From contig JANMJR010000348.1 of the NCBI GenBank assembly GCA_031371465.1, positions 1 to 33,901 of the forward strand: a stretch of 33,901 bases of DNA, in the 5' to 3' direction. The DNA comes from Pseudomonadota bacterium (GTDB taxonomy: Bacteria > Pseudomonadota > Gammaproteobacteria > Burkholderiales > JALYOK01). This document shows positions 26,133 to 33,901 of this stretch, in pieces. The first letter of the stretch is position 1, and every line of letters starts with the position of its first letter. The position numbers and the translations under genes are program-made. The notes below the pieces were generated by a model. That model did no database searches. It was not told where the DNA came from and worked only from the letters and a program-made list of their open reading frames with translations.

Positions 26133-27335
26133 CTACTCTCTGGCCTCTTTGACTTTCGCATGCACCACATCGCGCTGCGCCAGCGCGATCAGCGCACCCG
26201 CTGTCAGCACGCCCACGGCGGGCGCGAGGCCGATGCGCAGCGAGCCGAATAGATCGGCCAACCAGCCGGTCGCGACGGGGCCGATGATTTGGCCCAGCGA
26301 AAACACAATTGTGAATGTCGCCACCGCCGAACCCCAAGCTTGTTTCGGCAACGCGCGCTTGGCGAGGTTGGTCACGGAGCTCGGAATATTCCACATCGAC
26401 GTGCCGCACAACACCGCGGAGGCGAACAGCGACGCACTTCCCGCATGCATTAACGGCAATAGCGAGCCCACCGCCAGCATCGCGATTGCCGCGGCCATCA
26501 TTCGCGCCGGTTGCCAGGTTTGCAATGGTTTGCGCCATAGCCAGGGCCCGAGCAAACTGGCGACACCGAACGCGCACCAAACCGCGATCACCGAGCTCGT
26601 GGCCGCGCCGCCATCTCGCATCCAAGCGATCACGAAGGTCATATAGGCGATGTAGCCCAAGCCGAACAGCGCGTAAGCGACGAGGCTCGGGGCCAATTGT
26701 TTCACCCCGCGTGAAGCGGCGACGCCGTTGCTCGATAGGGTCGGTGGTTCCATATTCGGCTCGTCAACTTGCAGCGCCGCCCAGACGCATGCGAAAAACA
26801 TCGCCAAGCCCGCGACGCCCATCCCAATCCAAGCCTTCGGCCAAGCGGACGGGCCCGCTGCGTCGAGCAATAACGGAATCGCCACGCCGCACAAAATAAA
26901 TCCGATGCCGCCGCCGGCGAAATAAATCGCCGTCGTGGTCGAGGCGATTTTGAGTTGGTTGGGCGCCACATTGGCCGACAACGCGCCGCCGCCGATAAAC
27001 GCCGCCGCGCCGGTGATGCCCGACAGCATGCGCCAAAAGCCCAGCCAAAAAATATCGCGCGTGAATCCCGTTCCTAATATCGCCAGCGAAGTCAACAACA
27101 CGCCAAAGATGAACAAGCGCCGATTGCCGGTGCGGCGAATAACTAAGCGCGTGAGAATCGCGCCGATCAAATAGCCGATCGCGTTCGCCGTGTTCAGCCA
27201 ACCGGACTGCACATAATTCCACCCCAGCTCGCCGCGCATCGCCGGCAGCACCAACGCGTACGCGAAGCGCGCGAAGGAATTCGAGACGGTGACGCCGAGG
27301 GAGAGCGAAAACGCGATGAGATAGGCGCGGACCAT
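26133..27335 (-). CDS. YbfB/YjiJ-family MFS transporter, 400 aa
   Basis: SFARFAYALVLPAMRGELGWNY..SGWLNTANAIGYLIG, GLGYIAYMTF and GQIIGP; about 12 TM helices. The real start is ATG 27335; the longer track ORF overlaps the divergent gene. Confidence 0.9.
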   Translation of the reverse strand: MVRAYLIAFSLSLGVTVSNSFARFAYALVLPAMRGELGWNYVQSGWLNTANAIGYLIGAILTRLVIRRTGNRRLFIFGVLLTSLAILGTGFTRDIFWLGFWRMLSGITGAAAFIGGGALSANVAPNQLKIASTTTAIYFAGGGIGFILCGVAIPLLLDAAGPSAWPKAWIGMGVAGLAMFFACVWAALQVDEPNMEPPTLSSNGVAASRGVKQLAPSLVAYALFGLGYIAYMTFVIAWMRDGGAATSSVIAVWCAFGVASLLGPWLWRKPLQTWQPARMMAAAIAMLAVGSLLPLMHAGSASLFASAVLCGTSMWNIPSSVTNLAKRALPKQAWGSAVATFTIVFSLGQIIGPVATGWLADLFGSLRIGLAPAVGVLTAGALIALAQRDVVHAKVKEARE

Positions 27336-27361
27336 GGTTATGTGCGGCAAATGAAATTTTC

Positions 27362-27385
27362 GTAGGGTGCATTTATGCACCCTAC
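27362..27385. repeat. GTAG-type REP-like palindrome
   Basis: gtagggtgcat-tt-atgcaccctac: perfect 11-bp arms beginning with GTAG. Confidence 0.7.
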
Positions 27386-27439
27386 TAAGTTGACAATGAT
27401 AATATTTAAGTTGACAATATATTATCGTTAAGTTGACAA
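27386..27439 (+). promoter_or_regulatory. Three phased direct repeats TAAGTTGACAA (operator-like)
   Basis: Exact 11-mers at 27386, 27407 and 27429 (21- and 22-bp periods) with AT-rich spacers, ending 5 nt before ATG 27445. Confidence 0.75.
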
Positions 27440-27444
27440 AAACA

Positions 27445-28479
27445 ATGGCCCAAATACGCGCGCGCGGCGAAGTCGCGCGAAAATTTATTATCGAAAACGT
27501 CGAAAAGCACCCCAGCGACATCATCGCACATGTCGCCAATAAGCTCGCGCTTTCGCGCCAGGCGGTGCACAAACATGTGCAACGCTTAGTCGAGGAAGGA
27601 GTGATTTCGGAGGCGGGTCAGACAAGGAACAAGGTTTATCAACTGGTTCCAAGTGTAAGCTGGCAAAAATACTATCGCCTCGACGGAAAGATCAGCGAAG
27701 ACCAGGTTTGGCGCGACGATGTTGCACCGTCTTTGGGGCAACTGCCCACGAACGTCATGAACATCTGGCACTCCGGTTTCACCGAGATGTTTAACAACGC
27801 GATCGATCATTCCGAAGGCATTTCAATCCGCGTGACTTTTAGCAAAACGGCGGCCAACACGAAAATATCCTTGTACGACGACGGCATCGGTATCTTTAAG
27901 AAAATTCAAATGGCGTTAGGGTTGTTAGACGAACGCCACGCCGTACTAGAACTGGCAAAAGGGAAATTTACCACCGATCCGAAAAACCATTCGGGTGAAG
28001 GCATTTTCTTTGCGTCACGAATGTTCGATGAATACAGAATACTTTCCGGGGGCGTGTTTTTTTCTCACAATTTTGATGACACCGAAGACTGGATTATCGA
28101 AGATGACAATACACTGCGCGGAACCGGGGTCGTGATGCGCCTCGAAAACCACACATCGCGAACGACTACGAAAATATTTGATAAATTTACCACTGACGAT
28201 AATTACGGTTTCACAAAGACCGTTGTTCCCGTGAAGCTTACGCAGTACGGTGACGACAATCTGGTTTCCCGCTCGCAGGCGAAACGGCTGCTCGCGAGAA
28301 TCGATCTATTCAAAGTGGTGGTTTTCGATTTCGTGGGCGTCACGTCCATCGGGCAAGCGTTTGCCGACGAAGTGTTCCGCGTTTTCGTGAATCAGCATCC
28401 CGATATTGAGATCGTTGCGGTGCATGCGGGCTCTGCCGTCAAGCGAATGATTTCGCGGGCACGGACGCACGATGCGTAG
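27445..28479 (+). CDS. HTH + histidine-kinase-like ATPase + STAS-like (DUF4325-type) protein
   Basis: HTH LSRQAVHKHVQRLVEEG; GHKL boxes EMFNNAIDHS, DDGIGIF and HSGEGIFF; C-terminal LVSRSQAKR...FDFVGVTSIGQAFADEVFR. Confidence 0.85.
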   Translation: MAQIRARGEVARKFIIENVEKHPSDIIAHVANKLALSRQAVHKHVQRLVEEGVISEAGQTRNKVYQLVPSVSWQKYYRLDGKISEDQVWRDDVAPSLGQLPTNVMNIWHSGFTEMFNNAIDHSEGISIRVTFSKTAANTKISLYDDGIGIFKKIQMALGLLDERHAVLELAKGKFTTDPKNHSGEGIFFASRMFDEYRILSGGVFFSHNFDDTEDWIIEDDNTLRGTGVVMRLENHTSRTTTKIFDKFTTDDNYGFTKTVVPVKLTQYGDDNLVSRSQAKRLLARIDLFKVVVFDFVGVTSIGQAFADEVFRVFVNQHPDIEIVAVHAGSAVKRMISRARTHDA

Positions 28480-28509
28480 AAGATCGCAGGCAAACACTTA
28501 GAGAGAACT

Positions 28510-28538
28510 GTTGGGGTTCGTTCCTCACCCCAACTTAC
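28510..28538 (-). repeat. REP-like hairpin
   Basis: Minus strand GTAAGTTGGGGTGAGGAACGAACCCCAAC: GTTGGGGT/ACCCCAAC stem preceded by a GTAG-like tetramer. Confidence 0.65.
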
Positions 28539-28623
28539 CGGGCTATCTCACAGTGCCGGGCCGTTGAGTAACCCCCGGCTCGATAGAGGTTGTTGATCCC
28601 AACGAGCGCGCGAAGAAGGCGCC

Positions 28624-28968
28624 CTAGCACTGGCCCCGGGAAATATTGATGTCGATAAATGTCGGATGCGAAAGTGAGAACGCTGGTTTTTTACCCCCCA
28701 AGAAACCGCGACCTGCGTCGACGTTGACAAAAACGAAATCGGTTTGAAGATCGCGGGACTGAGGCGTCACAATCCCCTCTTGCAGCATTTCTGCAAGATC
28801 AACCACGTCTTCAATCGACAGATCGAGACCGTTGCGGTGGGTAATTTGCAGGTGAGTCCGCATTTGCTCAGCATCTGTATTGCTAAAACGTACGCGGCTC
28901 GTAGTATTGCAGATCGACTCAAATGAAGAACTTTCGACGAAACTCATATTAAACTCCGATGTAAGCAC
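28624..28968 (-). other. Possible hypothetical ORF or gene remnant (114 aa)
   Basis: Open frame filling an otherwise empty interval; no clear RBS or recognised motif. Confidence 0.25.
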
Positions 28969-29116
28969 GGTAAGAAAAGCGAAAGCGCCTTCCGCCGTAT
29001 GTGTTGGAAATGATCTGACAATTCGATGCGATGGCCGGGGGTAGCGCTCGGCCAGCGCCCCACTGGGTAGAATTGCTCAGACTCTCGCGCTCCTGGGACA
29101 CTGCTTCACCCGCCGA

Positions 29117-29572
29117 TCATGCTTTGGCCGTGGTATTGGAGTCTGTTTGTGGATTCGGCGTAAACGCTTTCGGATACGTCGCGACACCGGCTGGAATCGT
29201 CACCCACGGCAACTTCGACTGCACCCAAATATGCCGGTCAATTGCGAACCAATCGGTTTCATCGAAGGTTCCCGCCGCGATACTTCTCATGCCCGGTCGA
29301 ACCTCTGCGGTGTGGCAAACGGTTGTGCCGCATTTGGAACAGAAGCTCATTTTTAGCCAGCGGCCGCTTTCGTCGGAGCGATGTTCGCATTCGGCTAATT
29401 TGCCCTGCGTGACCTCGACATTTTTTTCGTCGAAGACTGCGATGATGGCGAAGGCGCCGGCGAGTCGGCGTTGGCAAAATTTGCAGTGGCAGACGGCGAC
29501 GAAGTTCGGTCTGCCGACTACGCGGTAACGCACCGCGCCGCAGGCGCAGTCGCCGGTATGGGTTTGTTCCAT
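29117..29572 (-). CDS. GFA/CENP-V family Zn-binding protein, 151 aa
   Basis: GDCACGAVRY, CHCKFCQR, FCSKCGT and HIWVQSKLPW; GAGGAG RBS before ATG 29572. Confidence 0.92.
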   Translation of the reverse strand: MEQTHTGDCACGAVRYRVVGRPNFVAVCHCKFCQRRLAGAFAIIAVFDEKNVEVTQGKLAECEHRSDESGRWLKMSFCSKCGTTVCHTAEVRPGMRSIAAGTFDETDWFAIDRHIWVQSKLPWVTIPAGVATYPKAFTPNPQTDSNTTAKA

Positions 29573-29669
29573 GTTTTGCTCCTCGCGCGAGTTGGTTGAG
29601 TGATCATCATAACCGAACGATTGTCGACGTTGCGCTGACGATTCTTGTCTGTGGCCCGAGGCCAGCCGC

Positions 29670-29745
29670 TCATTCCCGCGGCCGGAATCCATTTGGCACG
29701 ACGAATTGAACAGGCACTATGGATTCCCGCCTTCGCGGGAATGAC
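29670..29745. repeat. Inverted pair of TCATTCCCGCG..GGAATCCA REP-like palindromes
   Basis: Degenerate copy tcattcccgcggccggaatcca (29670-29691) and complete inverted copy tggattcccgccttcgcgggaatgac (29720-29745; ATTCCC-N8-GGGAAT). Confidence 0.75.
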
Positions 29746-29908
29746 ACGATGGTATTTTCAACGCATCTCTAAGACCCGCATGCCCTAGGCCACCCCGTGG
29801 TTATTGCCTTTGCTGGCATGCCGTGCCGCGGGGCAAGCAGGGTGAGCTTCTTCAGGCACCCAATTTCCGCTCGCATTTTAGTTTTCGTTAAACCCGGCCT
29901 CCCACCCA

Positions 29909-30489
<581 letters not shown>

Positions 30490-30499
30490 GGAGACAATA

Positions 30500-32014
30500 A
30501 TGTTCAAAAAACTATTTCTGACGATGATGTTGCTCGTGGCGTTTGGTCTGAGCGCAATGGCGGTGGCCGAGGACGCGAAACCGCAAGAGGGTGCGGCGCC
30601 TGCCGTAACGCAGGCCGCAACCGAGCCGGCTTCCGCCGATGCGGCGGTCCCAGTGGCGGAAGCGGCGCCGACTGCCGAACCGGCCGTCGCCGCCCCGCCG
30701 CCCACACCGAACAAGGGCGACACGGCGTGGATGATCGTCGCGACGTTATTGGTCATTATGATGGCGATTCCGGGCTTGGCGCTGTTTTATGGCGGCATGG
30801 TGCGGGCGAAGAATATGTTGTCGATGTTGATGAAAGTATTTGCGACGTTCGCCTTGTTGTCGATCCTGTGGGCGATCTACGGTTACAGCGTGGCGTTCAC
30901 CGATGGCACTGCGTTTTTCGGCGGACTGAGTAAGATGTTCCTGAGCGGGGTGACCACCAGTTCGATCGCGGCCACCTTCAGCAAGGGTGTCTACATTCCC
31001 GAATACATTTATATCGCGTTTCAGTTAACGTTTGCCGCGATTACGCCGTGTTTGATCGTCGGCGCATTCGCTGAGCGAGTGAAGTTTTCGGCGATTCTGT
31101 TTTTCATGGTGCTGTGGTTCACATTTTCGTATCTGCCGATTGCACACATGGTGTGGTTCTGGGCGGGACCGGATGCGATCACCAACGATGAAACCCTCGC
31201 ACAGGTGACCAATGCCGCCGGCTGGCTCTGGGCAAAGGGCGCGTTGGACTTCGCCGGTGGAACGGTGGTGCATATCAATGCGGGTATCGCGGGTTTGGTC
31301 GGTTGCTTAATGGTCGGCAAACGCATTGGCTATCGCAAAGAAGCGATGCCGCCCCATAGCTTGACGATGACGATGATCGGTGCGTCGATGTTGTGGGTGG
31401 GTTGGTTTGGTTTTAACGTCGGCTCCAACCTCGAGGCAACGGGCCTCGCGGCATTGGCCTTCATCAATACCCATCTTGCCACTGCCGCCGCGGCATTGAG
31501 TTGGATGTTCGTCGAGTGGATGGTGCGTGGTAAGCCGACCATGTTGGGCGCGGCCTCCGGCGCGATTGCGGGCCTGGTGGCCATCACACCGGCGTGCGGT
31601 TTTGTCGGCCCGATGGGTGCGATTGTGATTGGTTTAGTCTCCGGTGTCATCTGCCTGTGGGCGGTGGTTGGGCTGAAAGCCAAACTCGGCTACGATGATT
31701 CGTTAGACGTGTTTGGTGTGCACTGCGTTGGTGGTATTTTCGGTGCATTGGCGACCGGCATTTTCGCCGCCCCGTCACTCGGCGGCCAAGGCGTTTACGA
31801 CTATATCAAGGATGCAGCCAATCCTGATTTTTCGATCTCAGGACAATTCATGATTCAGTTGACCGGGGTGTTGACGACGCTTATTTGGTCCGCCGTCGTG
31901 TCGTTCATCGCTTTCAAGATTGTCGATTTGACGATTGGCCTGCGTGTCACGGAAGAGCAAGAGCGCGAAGGTCTGGACGAATCACAGCACGGCGAACGCG
32001 CTTACCATATGTAA
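30500..32014 (+). CDS. amtB: Ammonium transporter AmtB, 504 aa
   Basis: Signal peptide and Ala/Pro linker, then GDTAW, DFAGGTVVHINAG, LWVGWFGFN and DDSLDVFGVH (twin His); GGGAG RBS before ATG 30500. Confidence 0.97.
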   Translation: MFKKLFLTMMLLVAFGLSAMAVAEDAKPQEGAAPAVTQAATEPASADAAVPVAEAAPTAEPAVAAPPPTPNKGDTAWMIVATLLVIMMAIPGLALFYGGMVRAKNMLSMLMKVFATFALLSILWAIYGYSVAFTDGTAFFGGLSKMFLSGVTTSSIAATFSKGVYIPEYIYIAFQLTFAAITPCLIVGAFAERVKFSAILFFMVLWFTFSYLPIAHMVWFWAGPDAITNDETLAQVTNAAGWLWAKGALDFAGGTVVHINAGIAGLVGCLMVGKRIGYRKEAMPPHSLTMTMIGASMLWVGWFGFNVGSNLEATGLAALAFINTHLATAAAALSWMFVEWMVRGKPTMLGAASGAIAGLVAITPACGFVGPMGAIVIGLVSGVICLWAVVGLKAKLGYDDSLDVFGVHCVGGIFGALATGIFAAPSLGGQGVYDYIKDAANPDFSISGQFMIQLTGVLTTLIWSAVVSFIAFKIVDLTIGLRVTEEQEREGLDESQHGERAYHM

Positions 32015-32043
32015 CGCCTCCTCCCTGATCCAAATCGTGATCC

Positions 32044-32069
32044 ACGGGCGCCCAGTGCGCCCGTTTTTT
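32044..32069 (+). terminator. Rho-independent terminator of glnK-amtB
   Basis: acgggcgc-ccagt-gcgcccgt stem followed by a T run. Confidence 0.85.
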
Positions 32070-32244
32070 GGTTTAATGTCGCTAACGGGTGACGCATTTG
32101 CGCCCAAGAAATCAATTGAGTAGCCGAAAAGGGGCAATTTGCGTCGCCTTAAGACGACGTTTTTTCGCACTGCCGAGAAGAAAAACCCGCATGCCAGGCA
32201 GTTATTTCTTTTGTGTCAATTGTTTACATTCTGGTTTCTGAGAG

Positions 32245-32259
32245 TGGCACAGCACTTGC
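32245..32259 (+). promoter_or_regulatory. Sigma54 -24/-12 promoter
   Basis: TGGCAC-AGCAC-TTGC, a consensus match. Confidence 0.8.
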
Positions 32260-32294
32260 GTATAGATAGGTATTCAGATACCGAGGCCACGTTG

Positions 32295-32471
32295 ATGCAA
32301 GTATTTCTAGAACTGCGTGCAGTTACAGGCGAAACAGTGAAATTAGCAGCCGCTCTGATTGCGATCCTGATTCCGCTGTATTTCGCTGCCTCGGCGATCG
32401 AGTATTTACGCGGCAGCGCATCTGTTCCCGCGATTTCCGTTGCATCGATTTTGCAAAGTGTGGGGTTTTGA
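32295..32471 (+). CDS. Small 58-aa hydrophobic protein
   Basis: GAGG RBS and ATG 32295; hydrophobic segment LAAALIAILIPLYFAASAI; lies between a sigma54 promoter and a terminator. Confidence 0.55.
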   Translation: MQVFLELRAVTGETVKLAAALIAILIPLYFAASAIEYLRGSASVPAISVASILQSVGF

Positions 32472-32541
32472 GCTTGTTCTGATGTATCTCCTTTAGTTGC
32501 TTCCTCCTCCAAATTCTGGGCGCTTCGGCGCCCATTTTTTT
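32472..32541 (+). ncRNA. Candidate 3' UTR-derived sRNA with anti-SD-like CUCC motifs
   Basis: tgtatCTCCTttagttgcttCCTCCTCCaaatt directly before a strong terminator; resembles CUCC-rich betaproteobacterial sRNAs (from memory). Confidence 0.4.
32517..32541 (+). terminator. Rho-independent terminator
   Basis: tgggcgc-TTCG-gcgccca followed by T7. Confidence 0.9.
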
Positions 32542-32672
32542 GCCTAGTTTACGATAATAAATTGTCTATCAAGCGTGGGTGGATTCGCAATGTCCTACCG
32601 GCGCGAGTAGCGGGCTATAGGTAGGTCGAGGCACTCCCACTGTAGATGCTTATGGATACACGCTGGCAAGCC

Positions 32673-32719
32673 AGGCCTCGCCAGGAGGCAGGCAAGGCGC
32701 GATTCCTGGCGAGGCCTAC
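32673..32719 (-). repeat. 14-bp inverted repeat (GTAG REP-like, or 3' hairpin of the PBP-like gene)
   Basis: aggcctcgccagga (32673-32686) and tcctggcgaggcct (32704-32717); reads GTAGGCCTCGCCAGGA on the minus strand. Confidence 0.65.
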
Positions 32720-32731
32720 GTTACGGAACGA

Positions 32732-33901
32732 TTAGCGGCACCCGGCTTGTTTCTCGCTGTCGAATAACGTCCCAAGTGTCGGCATGAGGTTTTTCAAAAT
32801 CTGCGTGGCGAGCGCGCTGGTGAAGTGATACTTTGCCGCCTCTTCGCCGGGGACGTAGGCGACAAGTGTGCCGAAGTATTGATCGCCGAGCAAGAACATA
32901 AACGTCGCGGAACGATTCACCACGCGGGAGGACAGTAGCTGCCCTTGTTTACCGTAGGTGTCAAAGCGATGATCGCCGGTGCCGGTCTTGCCGCCGATTT
33001 CGATAACATTGCCGTGACCGTCGGTTAACGCGCCGTTCAAGCGCTTAGCCGTGCCGCTTTGCACGACGTCGATTAAGGCGCGACGGGCGACTGCGGCGAC
33101 TTCTTTGGGCATGACCCGCTCGCCGCTTTTCAAGCGTCGTTCGAAGCGCGTTTCGTACGGCGTGGCGGCGGCGAAATGCAGGCTCTGCAATCGCACCGTC
33201 GGGCGGCGCACGCCTTCGTTGACGATAATACCCATCAATTCCGCCAGCGCGGCGGGACGATCAGCGGAGCTTCCTAGAGCGCTGGCGTAGGACGGAACCA
33301 GAGAATCGAAGGGATAGCCGAGGCGTTTCCACGCCCGATGCACTTCGAGGAAACCTTCTACTTCCAGCAGGTTCAAGATACGCCGATCCTGCGCGTTTTT
33401 GCGCCGTGTGCTAAACAACCAGCGATACACCGCTTGACGCTCGTCGCTACTGGCTTCCAAAACTTGCGCTTCCGTTGCGCCGGGATTAGTGCGCAAAAAT
33501 CCGACCACCCAAAGCTCGAGTGGGTGCACGCCGACGATGTAACCACGATCAGCGAGAGAGAATTTTTCCGCTGCATATTGTTCATAAAGACTTTTTGTTT
33601 TGGTTTCGTTTGGTTTGTCTTCGCTGAGATGTTTTCCCAGAAAGGCGCTGAAACTACCCTCCCCGGCGTCGGGATCAATGCTGCGAAAAATCGTGGCGAG
33701 CTTGGCATCGGTCGCGCGAACACCTTGAACCAATAAATCTTCCGCTTCTTGCACGCTTTTATCGCGGTACTTTTGCAAGAACCGGCGCACGAATATTCGG
33801 CCTTCGCGATCGGCGAAACGCGTCAAGTAATCTTTACGCCGCGGATCATTGGCATCGGTCAAAAGCTTGGCCGACGAGCCCGGCGTTTGAAACATGTAGT
33901 G
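32732..33901 (-). CDS. Penicillin-binding/transglycosylase-domain protein, C-terminal part (5' end outside the window)
   Basis: Open to the window edge; LGSSADRPAALAELMGII, VVQSGTAKR and IGGKTGTGD (KTG motif of the transpeptidase fold). Confidence 0.8.
   Translation of the reverse strand, partial: HYMFQTPGSSAKLLTDANDPRRKDYLTRFADREGRIFVRRFLQKYRDKSVQEAEDLLVQGVRATDAKLATIFRSIDPDAGEGSFSAFLGKHLSEDKPNETKTKSLYEQYAAEKFSLADRGYIVGVHPLELWVVGFLRTNPGATEAQVLEASSDERQAVYRWLFSTRRKNAQDRRILNLLEVEGFLEVHRAWKRLGYPFDSLVPSYASALGSSADRPAALAELMGIIVNEGVRRPTVRLQSLHFAAATPYETRFERRLKSGERVMPKEVAAVARRALIDVVQSGTAKRLNGALTDGHGNVIEIGGKTGTGDHRFDTYGKQGQLLSSRVVNRSATFMFLLGDQYFGTLVAYVPGEEAAKYHFTSALATQILKNLMPTLGTLFDSEKQAGCR

Noticed and set aside
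27386-27439. Direct repeats as a mini CRISPR array or plasmid iterons
   Set aside because: The 11-bp repeats and 10-11-bp spacers are far too short for CRISPR, and there is no cas or rep gene.

Overview
A 33.9 kb window of betaproteobacterial-type chromosome. The flanks are housekeeping genes. Left: msrP (partial), a membrane diguanylate cyclase and mgtE. Right: comM, ubiK, NtrC/sigma54-controlled glnK-amtB and a partial PBP-like gene. The main feature is a tightly coupled 16.3 kb, six-gene minus-strand operon (20488->4168) between mgtE and comM. It encodes a two-HKD phospholipase D with a membrane hairpin, a 1094-aa beta-rich DUF6603-like protein, and uncharacterised proteins of 995, 269, 1771 and 574 aa. 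Three of these share a proline-kinked coiled-coil hairpin module, and one copy of it appears split exactly at its loop across the 269-aa/1771-aa gene boundary. A second accessory block separates ubiK from glnK: a wHTH/TolA-like/AsmA protein, an MFS transporter, an HTH-HATPase-STAS protein with three phased upstream repeats, and a GFA protein, interspersed with REP-like palindromes. A sigma54-driven small ORF with a CUCC-rich 3' UTR follows amtB. I saw no integrase, transposase, tRNA, rRNA or CRISPR array. All family assignments come from motif recognition by eye, not from database searches.
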